Assembly (NCBI GenBank): GCA_965116765.1 | Contig: OZ220718.1 | Span: 1,391,672 to 1,455,671, forward strand | Reading direction: 5' to 3' | Length of the DNA stretch: 64,000 bases | DNA from: Vicinamibacterales bacterium | GTDB taxonomy: Bacteria; Acidobacteriota; Vicinamibacteria; Vicinamibacterales; UBA8438 | Shown: positions 19,269 through 30,688 of the stretch, in pieces | Layout of the letters: each line of letters begins with the position of its first letter | Numbering within the stretch: the stretch's first letter is position 1 | Position numbers and translations under genes: made by a program | Notes under the pieces: generated by a model | The model's database searches: none | Seen by the model: the letters and a program-made list of their open reading frames with translations, nothing else | Told to the model about the DNA's origin: nothing

Positions 19269-20318
19269 CTATTCCGGCCGGTGCGGCAGCAGCTCCCAGT
19301 AGAGGCTGCCGCCCAACAGGTCGCCGTCGTCGTTCGTGCGGGGCCGCCCGCCGAGGCGCAGGACGTCGCCCTCGAGGTGGTAGAGCCGCTCCGCGTCGGT
19401 CACCCCTTCGACGGGCCGGGTCCGGCCCTCCTGGTGGTGGACGACGTACTGGGGCTCGGCGTCCTCGTGGACGGTGAACGTCCCGAAGTACCCGCCGTAG
19501 GTGCGGTAGGCGGACATCGCCTCGTCCGGCGTGGGGGTCGCACCCGCGTACGGCGTGCGCCCTTCGCGCGCCATCAGGTGCACCATCATGTGGCCGGTCG
19601 GGGTGTAGATGATCCACGAGCCGGCGCGGCCGTAGTTCCGGTCCCCGCGCCAGAACTCGCTGCCGCGGTCCTCGTACCGGTCCGTGTAGAGGAGCTGGCG
19701 GAACCCGACGAAGCGCTGCGCCTCCTCCGACAGCTCGGCGTCGGGCAGCCGCTCCCAGACCACCTGGCGGTCGGCGTCGCCCTTGGTCCCGTCGGCGGAC
19801 GCCGGCGTGAGGATGAGACGGTCCCCTTCGATGTCGTAGAACCGCTTGGCGTCGACCTCGGCGCCGGGGTTGATCTGGCCGATCCGATGGTGAACGAGGA
19901 ATCCTCCCTCGTCGTCCTCGTTGACGCTGAACGGGCCGAAGTAGGCGGTATAGCCCTCGAGCGCCCGTTGCACCTCCTCCGGGGTCGGCCCTTCTTCGGA
20001 GAACGGCTCCCGGTCGAGGGGCATGACGTTCACCGCCATGTGCCCGGTGTCGCTGTAGGTGATGTACCCGAGCGAGTTGAAGTCCTCCACCGGGACCCAC
20101 GCCCCGCTCTCGTCCTTGACGTTGCGTCCGACGAGCTGGTACGTCCCCACGATGGGGCCGCGCGGGAGGCCGCTCGCCGCCGCCGCGTCTTCCACGGGCG
20201 GAGCGGCGGGCGCCGACGCCTCTTCCGCCGCGGGGACGGGCATCTCGGCGCAGCCGGCGAGGACGAAGGGCAGACACACGACGGCGGCGACGATCACGGC
20301 GATCCTCCGGTTCCGCAT
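19269..20318 (-). CDS. lipoprotein with two tandem lipocalin-like domains
   Basis: 349 aa. Lipobox VLAGC. There is an internal duplication: GYITYSDTGHMAVNVM...YTAYFGPFSVNEDD...VHHRIG versus WIIYTPTGHMMVHLM...YGGYFGTFTVHEDA...VHHQEG. Paralogue at 52847..53824. Confidence 0.75.
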   Translation of the reverse strand: MRNRRIAVIVAAVVCLPFVLAGCAEMPVPAAEEASAPAAPPVEDAAAASGLPRGPIVGTYQLVGRNVKDESGAWVPVEDFNSLGYITYSDTGHMAVNVMPLDREPFSEEGPTPEEVQRALEGYTAYFGPFSVNEDDEGGFLVHHRIGQINPGAEVDAKRFYDIEGDRLILTPASADGTKGDADRQVVWERLPDAELSEEAQRFVGFRQLLYTDRYEDRGSEFWRGDRNYGRAGSWIIYTPTGHMMVHLMAREGRTPYAGATPTPDEAMSAYRTYGGYFGTFTVHEDAEPQYVVHHQEGRTRPVEGVTDAERLYHLEGDVLRLGGRPRTNDDGDLLGGSLYWELLPHRPE

Positions 20319-20423
20319 GATGCTTCTCCTTCGTTCGCACGAGAACCGATGTTTCTTCGGGCTGCCGGGTCGAACCGTACGGCTCCGCCGGGCGCGCCGA
20401 CACTAAGGACAGTGATCGATATA

Positions 20424-20490
20424 ACCTTGCCAACTACGTTCAGGATCGTCCCGCGCGCCCGCGGTTCCCGCGCGCGGCACGTGGCAAGGT
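20424..20490 (-). terminator. nested inverted repeat in a locally AT-richer spacer (terminator/operator candidate)
   Basis: Outer arms accttgcca (20424-20432) / tggcaaggt (20482-20490). Inner stem ccgcgcgc/gcgcgcgg (20451-20477). It lies downstream of the 23734->20611 operon and upstream of the gene starting at 20318. Confidence 0.3.
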
Positions 20491-20610
20491 AATTCCCGTC
20501 ACCGTCCTAACCGCACTTCGGCCGGACCGTCGGCCCGGCCCCGGCGCCCGCCTGTCAGCGGCCTGCCGGCCGCCGCGGCCGGAAGCCCCGAAGGCTCTCC
20601 GGTGTCCGCC

Positions 20611-21039
20611 TCACCAGGCCAGAGACAGCCCGTTGACGGACGTCCTGACCTCCAGCTCCCGCCACGTCACCGGCTCGATGATGGCCGCCAAGCCAAGAGC
20701 GGCGATGGCGATGCCGAGCACGCCCTCTTCGATGACCCAGTTCTGCTTGGAGAAACCCACCGCGCCGCCCGCCGCCATCAATCCCGCGCCCAGGAGAAAC
20801 TGGCGCGTACGCTCGGACCCGATCTGCCGCAGACGCTCAGGATCGATCGGACCGGGCGCCGGCGCCTGCGAGAGCCGGAGCTGCCCACCGGCACCCTGCT
20901 CCAGGGCCGCCGCGGGCGACTGCGCGGCCACCGGCGAGACTGAGAACGCGACGAGGACGACTGCGAGGATTGCGATGATGGCGGTACGCAATGGACTGGA
21001 CTCCCCCTTGGTTGAAGACGTGTCGTCATTGTAGTGCAT
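20611..21039 (-). CDS. small signal-peptide/membrane protein, last gene of the DUF6152 operon
   Basis: 142 aa from the ATG at 21039. Signal-like AIIAILAVVLVAFSVSPVAAQ and two Gly/Ala-rich hydrophobic stretches. The start is not supported by a clear RBS. Confidence 0.45.
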   Translation of the reverse strand: MHYNDDTSSTKGESSPLRTAIIAILAVVLVAFSVSPVAAQSPAAALEQGAGGQLRLSQAPAPGPIDPERLRQIGSERTRQFLLGAGLMAAGGAVGFSKQNWVIEEGVLGIAIAALGLAAIIEPVTWRELEVRTSVNGLSLAW

Positions 21040-21158
21040 TCCCGCGCGGGCATCGGTCCGGTGAAGCCGCGATGGACCGCGGCCCCGTCGCAGGGTCGCG
21101 CCCGCGGCACGGCGCGCAACGCCCGCCGCGCGGGTGGCGGCTGTCGGCTTCCGGACCG

Positions 21159-21596
21159 CTACCTCGGCGGCTCGGTCGGGTCGCGGCCGTCCCGCGGGGC
21201 GCCGGTGCCCGACGAGCCGAGGAACAGCTTGCTGCCGTCGACGAAGGTCACGTCGCGGCCGTTCGCCTTGTTCGACCCGTCCTTGGCCTGAAAGCCCTCG
21301 ACGAAGATCTCCGTGCCCGCCAGCAGCGAGCGCTTGGTGAACCCGCGCCGCAGCAGCGAGGTGGGCGGCCCACCCTCGATCATCCAGCGCTCGGCGGAGC
21401 CGTCCGGCTGCGCCACGTCGATGTGGATCCACGTATGGGGATTGACCCACTCCATCCTGACCACCGTCCCCGCCATCTCGACCGGGGCGTTCGCGTCGAA
21501 CTCGGCCGCGAACGCGTGGTGGGCCACCGCCTGCGCCCCGGCGGCGGCCACGATCCCCCCGAGAACGGCCAACGACGCGACGGTTCTCGCTCGCAT
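21159..21596 (-). CDS. DUF6152 family protein
   Basis: 145 aa with a signal peptide. The mature N-terminus, HHAFAAEFDANAPVEMAGTVVRMEWVNPHTWIHIDV, is the pattern I associate with DUF6152. Confidence 0.7.
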   Translation of the reverse strand: MRARTVASLAVLGGIVAAAGAQAVAHHAFAAEFDANAPVEMAGTVVRMEWVNPHTWIHIDVAQPDGSAERWMIEGGPPTSLLRRGFTKRSLLAGTEIFVEGFQAKDGSNKANGRDVTFVDGSKLFLGSSGTGAPRDGRDPTEPPR

Positions 21597-21620
21597 ATCC
21601 GACCTCCTGTCGTCCTGGCT

Positions 21621-22856
21621 CTAGCGACCGTCGTCCTGCCGCTCGGCTTCCCACGCGTCGAGCAGCGCCTTCTTCTCCTCGAGCTCGCGGCTGCGGATGC
21701 CCGCCTCGCGGGCCGCCTCGTCGAGCGCCCACTGCCGGTCGACCCGCGCGCCCCGGATGGCGTTCGTCATGCCGTAGTTGTGCTCGTGACAGGCGTACTC
21801 GAAGAGTCGGTCCTGATTGCCCTCGGTCGCCCACGCATCGAGCGTGAAGTAGTTGACGGTGGTGAACGGCCGTACGAACACCGTCGGGTCCTCCACGGTG
21901 TAGCGATACTCCAGGGTCGCGGCGTCGAGGCGGCGGATGCGCTCGGTGAGGCGCAGCGTCTCGCCGTCGCCCGGGTAGTAGTGCACGTGGGCCGACCCGC
22001 CGAAGGGGCCGCCGTGGGCCGGCACGACGCTGTTCACGGTGTTCTTGAAGTTGGCGGTCTCGACGACCAGGGTGTCGCCGTCCCATCGGCCGATGGAGTC
22101 GCCGTTCCACTGGCGGATGTCCGGCCCCAGGGGCCCCGGCGCGTCCTCGCCGACCGGGATGATGCGGACGTAGCCGTAGGGCATCACGATGCTCACGTAC
22201 CCCGGGGTCTGCACGATCTCCTTGAGCGGCTGCTGGCTGCTCCCGAGCATCTCGCCGGGCAGGCCGTTCCGGGTGATGCAACGCTCGGAGAGCCCGCGGT
22301 CCTCCCAGTCGTCGGCCTGGCTGCGGTCGCGCCGCGCCGCCTCGCGCGCCTCCCAGACGGCGAGGGCGTCGCGGGTCAGCGGCGGCATGCGCCCGTCGGG
22401 CGGATCGACGATCTGCGAGGTGCGCAGGGAGATCGGGGGCGTGGTGGGGTCGGCGCTCCAGAAGGCGTTGTACTCGGCGCCGGCGATGCGGTAGCCGGGG
22501 CGCCCGTCGTCGGGGGCGTCCGACCGGGCGTAGCGGGCCACGTCCTGCTGCACCAGCTCCTGGGCAATCGCGTCGTCATCGTCGTCGCTGACGACCCGGC
22601 GCAGCCCGAGGCGCTCGCGCTCGGCCGCCTCCTCCTCGGTCATGAACTCGCGCGTGCCGAACTCGGGCGGCCGCTCCATCGGGGTGTAGGTCCGGGTGTC
22701 CCACATGCCCTGCAGGTCCGGATCGCCCCAGGGGGTCCGCGGCGCGGCGTACCCGGCCTCGCCGGGCTCCTGGGCCTGCCCCGCCAACGCCGGCGCCGTT
22801 GCCGCCGCGGCCATCGCGATCGCCGCGGCCAGGAGCGCGCATCTTCGAAGTCTCAC
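21621..22856 (-). CDS. uncharacterised secreted protein, PWGxPDLxGxW...ACHEGNY family (long member)
   Basis: GTG at 22856 follows AGGAGG and overlaps the upstream stop (GTGA). Signal peptide present. Motifs: TPWGDPDLQGMWD, IVDPPDGRMPPLT, GRWDGDTLVVET, FEYACHEHNYGMTNAIRGAR. Paralogues at 22853..23734, 32050..33015 and 40026..40988. Confidence 0.75.
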   Translation of the reverse strand: MRLRRCALLAAAIAMAAAATAPALAGQAQEPGEAGYAAPRTPWGDPDLQGMWDTRTYTPMERPPEFGTREFMTEEEAAERERLGLRRVVSDDDDDAIAQELVQQDVARYARSDAPDDGRPGYRIAGAEYNAFWSADPTTPPISLRTSQIVDPPDGRMPPLTRDALAVWEAREAARRDRSQADDWEDRGLSERCITRNGLPGEMLGSSQQPLKEIVQTPGYVSIVMPYGYVRIIPVGEDAPGPLGPDIRQWNGDSIGRWDGDTLVVETANFKNTVNSVVPAHGGPFGGSAHVHYYPGDGETLRLTERIRRLDAATLEYRYTVEDPTVFVRPFTTVNYFTLDAWATEGNQDRLFEYACHEHNYGMTNAIRGARVDRQWALDEAAREAGIRSRELEEKKALLDAWEAERQDDGR

Positions 22857-23734
22857 CGTCCACCTCCTTCCGGGTCGACGAGGCCCCCGTACACGTATTC
22901 CTCGGCGAGGTCCACGCACTTGAACTCGAGCAGCCGCAGGTCGTCCTCGATGCGGCGGTACAGCGGCAGCCGGATCGTCCAGTGCCGCGTGAAGACCTCG
23001 GGATCCTCTATCGTCGCCTCGTACATCATGTGCCAGGGGCTGATGGGCGTGTACCGCTCCACCACCTCCATCGCCGCGCTGTGGTAGTTGCCGGCCCGGT
23101 CGAACCACGACAGGTCGTTGAACCCGTTCACCTCCACCACCAGGGTGTCCCCCTCCCAGCGCCCGTTCGACCAGCCCATCCAGCTGTCGACCGGGGCCTC
23201 GCTGTCCCCGTTCAGGGGAATGGCGCGGCTGGCGCTCGCGAACTGGTAGGCGATGATGATCTTGCCGGTGCTCTGGATGATCTGGAACGGGAACGGCATG
23301 TAGGTGGCCCGCGGCACCCCCGGCAGGTAGCACTTCGCCTCGGGGTCGCCGACCGTGTTGACGTTGTCGTGGTCGACCGCGAGCCGCCGCTCGAAGTTCT
23401 CCTGCCTGCGGGCCAGCGCCTCGGGCCGGTAGGGGATCTCGTTGCCGAGAACCACGCCCCGCCCCGGCGGCTGCGCCCCCCAGACCCCGAGCAGCCGGGG
23501 GAACGGCCCCGCCTCGGCGCCGTGGTCCTGCAGGTTCCAGTTGGCGGTGGTGAACGCCTGCCAGATGCCGCTGATGTCGGGATGTTCCGTGCCCGGCAGG
23601 CGGGGCGCCACGTACTCCGCTTCCGCGGTCTGGGCGAAGGCCGCCGAGGACGGGAGGCCGACCGTGGCCGTCACCGCGGCCGCCGCCGGAACAGACACGA
23701 GCATCCGGACGATGCCCCTGAACCGCGTGTCCAT
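22853..23734 (-). CDS. uncharacterised secreted protein, divergent member of the same family
   Basis: ATG at 23734 follows GAGGAGG. Signal peptide present. Motifs: HPDISGIWQ, KCYLPGVPR, GRWEGDTLVVEV, and a C-terminal EFKCVDL in place of ACHEGNY. Confidence 0.7.
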   Translation of the reverse strand: MDTRFRGIVRMLVSVPAAAAVTATVGLPSSAAFAQTAEAEYVAPRLPGTEHPDISGIWQAFTTANWNLQDHGAEAGPFPRLLGVWGAQPPGRGVVLGNEIPYRPEALARRQENFERRLAVDHDNVNTVGDPEAKCYLPGVPRATYMPFPFQIIQSTGKIIIAYQFASASRAIPLNGDSEAPVDSWMGWSNGRWEGDTLVVEVNGFNDLSWFDRAGNYHSAAMEVVERYTPISPWHMMYEATIEDPEVFTRHWTIRLPLYRRIEDDLRLLEFKCVDLAEEYVYGGLVDPEGGGR

Positions 23735-24115
23735 CACGCCTCCTCTCGATGCCCCGGGATCAAGCCACGGATCGGGCCTGTTATACACCCGCCAGTGCCC
23801 ATGCGTGCGCCTTTTTTGGCGCGAGCCCGCTGCAGGAGGGCCGGAACGAGCACCACCACTGTTCGTCCGACAGCATTCGCGGGCCTTCGGCGCGAGCCCG
23901 TTGAGCGGCCCCGGCGCCTCGAGAGCCGCGCACGCACGCGCATAGCGGACCTCTTCGCCGCCGGCCTGCAGCAGGCGTGCGACGCCAGCCGACCAAGGTG
24001 ATCAGCAGCTCGACGGCAGTCGGCTCCGCCCCGTCGCAATCGACCCGAATCGGCGCGCGGCCACACGACGGCGCCGCCGCCGGCCGCGGCGGGACCGGAC
24101 GCCGGGCCCGCACCG

Positions 24116-25386
24116 TCAGCCGACGAGGGTGATCAGGTAGAAGATGCCCGTCCCGCCCAGCAGGACGATGCCGATCCACGACAGGGCCAGCATCGCCGGG
24201 CCGGGCCGGTGCTCGGCCGGCATCTCGGGGGAGGTCACCGCGCGCAGGTTGAGATAGCCCAGCACCGGGCCGGTCAGGAACGCCAGCGTGGTGGCGAAGT
24301 CGATCATCGTGGTCAGGTTGCCGATGAACAGCGCCATCACGACCAGGGTCAGGGCGACCAGCGCCGCAAGGGTCCACCAGTACAGCGGGCCGCAGGGCTG
24401 CACGGGCGTCCCCGGCGAGCGCAGCACCAGGATGGACCGCTCGATGGCGCGGGGGCCGCCGTCGAGCACCGTCATCGTCGTCGACAGCATGGTGGTCACC
24501 ACCGCCACCAGCACCACCGGCCGGGTCCACGCCCCGAGGGTCGCGGCGTAGAGATCCACGAGCTGCGTCGAGAACAGCGTCCCCTGCGCCGAGAGCTCCT
24601 CGCCGGACCCGAACATCACCGCGGCCCCGAGGATCACGAACGTGAACGCGAGCACCGCCGTCCCCACGTAGCCGATCAGGAAGTCCTGCCGCGCCGTCTC
24701 CACCGAGCACCGCTGCCCCGACGTCTCGTTCTTGGCGAGCGTCCACAACGAGCTCCACACCGAGATGTCGATGGCCGACGGCATCCACCCCGCCAGCGCC
24801 AGCAGGAACAGGAACGGCACCGCCGATCCCACCAGGTCGCCCGGCCACAGCGCCACCGTCGAGAAGTCGGCCCGCGGCAGGCTGACGGCGGCGGCCAGCA
24901 CCGTGGACACCGCGAGCAGCAGCACGACGAGCTTGATGGACAGGTCGAGCCCGCGGAACCGCCCCCACCACAGCAGCGCGCAGCCCGGCGCCATGACCGC
25001 CGCCGCCAGCACCGCCAGCGGCCAGTCGACCCCCAGCGCGAACCCCACCAGGTAGGCGGTGAACATGACCACCGTGGCCTGGATGACGCCGCCCGTCAGG
25101 ACCGTGATGATCAGGTACAGCCACAGCGCCCACCGTCCGTGCGCGCGTACCCCTCGACGAGGCTCTGCCCGGTGGCCGCCGCGTAGCGCGGGCCGTACTC
25201 GAAGAACGGGTACTTGAGGACGAGGGCGATCAGGATGACCCCGGCCAGCCCGAAGCCGGCCGACGCCCCGGCGCGGGTCGACTGCACCAGGTGCGACACC
25301 CCGATGGCGGTCGCCGCCCACAGGATGCCGGGGCCGAACGCCACCCAGAGGCGGCCAGTGGTCGAAGAGTCGGATGTGCTCGCCAT
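24116..25386 (-). pseudogene. NRAMP-family divalent metal transporter, one frameshift as assembled
   Basis: ORF 25111..25386 (GPGILWAATAIGVSHLVQSTRAGA...KYPFFEYGPRYAAATGQSLVEGYAR) continues in ORF 24116..25321 (HGRWALWLYLIITVL...). A single missing base lies in the gcgcgc run near 25139-25147. Multiple TM helices run throughout. Confidence 0.8.
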
Positions 25387-25503
25387 GGCTGGCGAAGATG
25401 ATACGCCGTTCCGGCGGCGCTCGGGCGCCCGACCAACCGCAATCCGCGTCCGTCGACCGTGATAGGGTTTACCGGCGCGTTCACGACAGGCGGCGCAATC
25501 GTC

Positions 25504-25737
25504 ATGTCACAGACCATCACGCCTTCCGAAGAGCGTCAGCGGGCACGCCGGCAGGAAGCGCCCGGCCGCGACAGGTCGATCCGGCCGATCACCGAGGAGA
25601 GTGTCGACTGTTGCGGGGCCGGGACCGCCGAGAGCGCCGAGGCACTCGTCGCCGCAGCCGGGGAACGATCCGAACTGACCGACGATGACGCCATGGCGCT
25701 CGCGGTCGAGGAAACGCGGGCCGAGCGCCGCCGGTGA
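25504..25737 (+). CDS. small hypothetical protein
   Basis: 77 aa from the ATG at 25504. Third-position GC is high by eye. No family recognised and no clear RBS. Confidence 0.3.
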   Translation: MSQTITPSEERQRARRQEAPGRDRSIRPITEESVDCCGAGTAESAEALVAAAGERSELTDDDAMALAVEETRAERRR

Positions 25738-25758
25738 AGCGACGGTGTCGGCGAGCGC

Positions 25759-26043
25759 CTATGGCCGCAGCTCTCCCGCACTCCATGTCTCCGCGGTTTG
25801 GGCGGCATGGGCTTGGGGCCGCTCCGCCAAAGCGGGACGTGGCGGGGGTGCGCTGCCGGACGGCCCGTCGAACGCGCCGTCTTCCGGGCCGTCGGACCCG
25901 GCAGGCTGGGCCGCCTGTGCATCGCCCATCGCCTCGTCGACTGCCGGCTTCGCGCCGTCGTTGTCGTGGTCGTGCTCAAGCGGCATGGCTAGGTCCATTC
26001 CTCGCAGGTCAACACCATTCCCGACGACCCCGACGACCCTCAC
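25759..26043 (-). CDS. small acidic low-complexity ORF possibly coupled to the upstream gene
   Basis: GTG at 26043 overlaps the stop of 26040..27026 (GTGA). The product is Asp/Glu/Ala/Pro-rich with no recognisable domain. Confidence 0.25.
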   Translation of the reverse strand: MRVVGVVGNGVDLRGMDLAMPLEHDHDNDGAKPAVDEAMGDAQAAQPAGSDGPEDGAFDGPSGSAPPPRPALAERPQAHAAQTAETWSAGELRP

Positions 26044-27026
26044 CGGGTCGGCGGCGACGAGTCTCGACCGCCAGGACGAGGACCGGCCGTTCCGCGCGCG
26101 GTCACCGTGACCTCACCGGCCGGGTCGAAGAACGGATCGGCGCAGCCGAACCCGTCCCGAATGCGCGTCCATTCCTGGTCGCCAAGCAGGCCGACGGGCT
26201 GCGTCACGCCGTGCTCTTCGTCCAGTCCCTTGTCCAGCCTGTAGCCGCCACGATCGGTCAGGACGTACCGTGCATGGAAATCGTGCGGGCCGGCGGCACG
26301 AATGCGCCAGCGACAGACCCGGACCGACGTGACAGGTGGAGGCAGCATTGCCGGAATCCACCTCCGGCACGCCCGTTCGAATTCGCCCCGGCTCGGCTTG
26401 TGGTCCGCATCCAGGGTGTGGATCTCCACCCGGGGGCTGTCGTACGCGTCCGCAGCCAACGCGATGCACGCGCACACTACGGGACGCCATTTGTGCTTCG
26501 ACGGGTCGAAGTGCGGATCGATCAGCAACAGCTCGCGGCTGTTGCGTACGAGCCTCCCGATGTGGTCCGCCAGAGCGTCCGGTTCCCGCAGCACCGGGAC
26601 CTCCCTGGGAACGACCAGCTTCGGATGCGACTCTTCGACGTCGTCATCGAAGACCACGTCGGGGTGATTCTCGGGATTGCGCGTCGCCAGGACCGCATGC
26701 AATGTCCGCTCGACGGCCTGTCGCGCGACCGTGTTCCGGATCCAGCGCTCCTCGGCCGGTTCAACCGTTTCATCGTAGCCGTCCGGCTCGCCCCACCGGA
26801 CCATCTTCCCCTTCGACTGGTTCAGCTTCGCCAGAACCCTCTGTCGATCTCGGTCACCGAGCTCGGTGCTCTCTTGGCAGGCAGCCCGAACCAGCTTCAT
26901 CCAGCGTTTTCTGCTCGGGTACGCGGCAATCGCCCGGCCATGCTGGAACCCCATCAGGTCGAGAATCCGCGCGCAGTTGCGCCAGGAGGCAAGCGCAGCG
27001 GGCTCTATGGCGTACGCGTACAGCAT
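26040..27026 (-). CDS. uncharacterised protein with a PLD-fold / MIT_C-like C-terminal signature
   Basis: Intact 328-aa ORF. The ATG at 27026 overlaps the ATPase stop (ATGA). LLLIDPHFDP ... FHARYVLTDRGGYRLDKGLDE parallels the (I/V)xDPY ... HDRxI...G..I..GRGLD pattern of MIT_C/PLD-like modules. This assignment comes from motif memory only. Confidence 0.6.
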   Translation of the reverse strand: MLYAYAIEPAALASWRNCARILDLMGFQHGRAIAAYPSRKRWMKLVRAACQESTELGDRDRQRVLAKLNQSKGKMVRWGEPDGYDETVEPAEERWIRNTVARQAVERTLHAVLATRNPENHPDVVFDDDVEESHPKLVVPREVPVLREPDALADHIGRLVRNSRELLLIDPHFDPSKHKWRPVVCACIALAADAYDSPRVEIHTLDADHKPSRGEFERACRRWIPAMLPPPVTSVRVCRWRIRAAGPHDFHARYVLTDRGGYRLDKGLDEEHGVTQPVGLLGDQEWTRIRDGFGCADPFFDPAGEVTVTARGTAGPRPGGRDSSPPTR

Positions 27027-28837
27027 CAGAACAGCTCGTCGTTGCGCTCATCAAAAAAGCCCTGCGGCCAGCGGTCGATGAACTCGCCGGTCTCGTCGAT
27101 CCGCAGCCGCGTCGCCCTGACCTCCCCGTCGATCTGCTCGACGTAGACCACGGAGACCTGGTCCGGCTTCAGGGCCGGCTTCCCCTCCGGCAGCTCGTTG
27201 CCGCCGGTCTCCTCGATGCGGCGCAGCAGGCGCAGCATCAGGTGCTCGCTGTGGGTCTCGATCAGGAACACCCCGCCGTCGGCGGCCTGCTCGGCGAAGA
27301 GATCTCCGAGCTCCACCTGCAGCCGGGGATGGACGTGCAGCTCCGGTTGCTCGATGGCGGTAATCGCCGGGCGGTCCGGATCGAGGGCGGCGACCACTAC
27401 CGGGAGTATCTGCGAGATGCCCGTACCGATGTCGGACGTTCGCACCTGCAGACCCCTGTCCCCGGTGGCAACGAGCTGGATCTCCCTGCGGACTCGCCCT
27501 TCCGCGATCCCGTGAGCCAAGGCGTCGATCTTCTGCGGCGGCGCCTCCCTCAAGGCGTCAGCCGGGGGATTTGGCCCCGGACGCATTCGCCTCCTTCGCC
27601 TGGATCGCCGGCCGATCCTCGCCCAGAACTCCCTTGTTCAGCACGTCCACCAACGGCGTGTTCGCGGGAAGCTCGACGACGGTGCGCACGCGCAGCTCGT
27701 AACCCGTGTCCAGCCGGTCCTCTCGCGACAGCCAGTCGCTCACCCTTGGAATGACCATGGCCCGATTGCGCTCTCGGGGATTGCGGAAACCGTGCGCGAT
27801 TCGGCGCAAGGTGACCTGGGCACGGCGGTTCAGGACGTCCCAGGCCGCGGTTCCGTCGCCCAACGGCCGGGAACGGACCGATCCGGCTGACGACGGCATG
27901 CGCGGATGCAGATCCCGCAGGGGGCCGAGATACCGGAACCGGGCCAGTTCGTCACGCAGGAGCATTCCGATGCCGGCGAGCAGCCTCGGTATGTCGAAGC
28001 GTGGAGGTGGTCCAGCGCCTTCGTCCTGGATCCAGAACCTGCTGGTCGAAGGGCGGCACGGCGGATGAAGACCCACGAAGCGGGTTTCCGGGCTCGAGAA
28101 GCACCGCCATCGGTCGGAGTCCGGGGGCATACCTCCAAGCACCTGAGTCCTCGCGCACTTGTCCGACGTACCGTGACGAGGTGTCGCTCGCCTCTCGATC
28201 GACGCCGTATTCCAGCAGCGGATGCGACACGTTGGCCATCAGCCGTCGCCGTTCTGCCCGACGGCCGGGACCTGGATACGACCGAGGGTCTGCCCGTCGA
28301 CACCGACTTGGTAGTCGCTGACAATCGGCTTGTCCAGTTCCGCCTTCCACGTGACTCTCAACTCCAGCCAGCCCGTTTCCGCCTCCTCCAGGGAGAGCGA
28401 CCTCATAGAACGCCGCAGAGGACGCAGCCAATCCGCATGGCCTCGTGCGTCCCCCCAAGCTCGGGCAGGACGAGATTCCGCAGATTCAACTCGAAGCGAA
28501 GCCGCACGGAGCGCTTCAGGTCATGCCCGTGGACGAAGCGCCGGAACCCGCCCAGGTCGATCTGGTCGCCGCCGAGATCGGTCTTGTGCGCATCGACGTT
28601 GCGGTGGCTCAGGATCTCGTGCGCGTAGCAGAGCGCGTGCAGCATCGTGCTCTTGCCGGCGCTGTTGCGGCCGAACAGGAGGGTGATGGGCCGCAGGTCG
28701 ATCCGCACCGGCCGGCCGATTCCCTTGAAGTTCTCGATCTCGATCGCAGTGATCAGCGGCTGACCCTGATGATTCGTCGACCTGTCGCCCGCCGGAAGCG
28801 GTTCATCCGTGTCGTCGTCGCGGTGGTCGCAGTTCAT
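27026..28837 (-). pseudogene. DUF3696-type ABC/OLD-like AAA ATPase, at least 4 frameshifts as assembled
   Basis: Walker A: ITLLFGRNSAGKST (ORF 28403..28837). Middle: ARFRYLGPLRD (ORF 27558..28142). C-terminus: SDIGTGISQILPVVVAAL...AITAIEQPELHVHPRLQVELGDLF...FLIETHSEHLMLRLLRRI...WPQGFFDE (ORF 27026..27586). Frame changes lie near 28440, 28250, 28010 and 27575. Confidence 0.75.
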
Positions 28838-28879
28838 GCGGCATGGTTACGTCCATTCTCTGCAAGTCAACCGTCCTGC

Positions 28880-30505
<1,626 letters not shown>

Positions 30506-30688
30506 CGGAGAGAAAGGGCGTCGACCTTGCCCTCCCGCATCACACTGGAAAAAAATGGCCAGACACCCGCCGCAGCGCAAATCCGACCGTTCCCGTCATG
30601 GCTGCCAGTTCGGCATCGGGTCGTCCGACGCGATTTCGAGGCCACCCTCCGAGCTGTGCCGCCGTCGCGACCCATCAACGCGGCGCGT

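Noticed and set aside
20424-20490. TGGCAAGG motifs as sigma-54 promoters
   Set aside because: Both TGGCA copies lack a GC dinucleotide at the -12 spacing (TATC and TTCC instead of TTGC). I kept the site only as an inverted-repeat/terminator candidate.
23735-24115. Coding potential or a terminator in the 380-bp spacer (GCGCC-TTTTTT-GGCGC at about 23808-23825)
   Set aside because: The listed ORFs there are Arg-rich shadow frames. The small stem has the T-run as its loop rather than a tail, and it is not positioned after a gene end on its strand.
25387-25503. Mn-responsive (yybP-ykoY) riboswitch upstream of the NRAMP gene
   Set aside because: I could not find the conserved riboswitch core segments in the leader on the minus strand. 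Only a covariance-model search could settle it.
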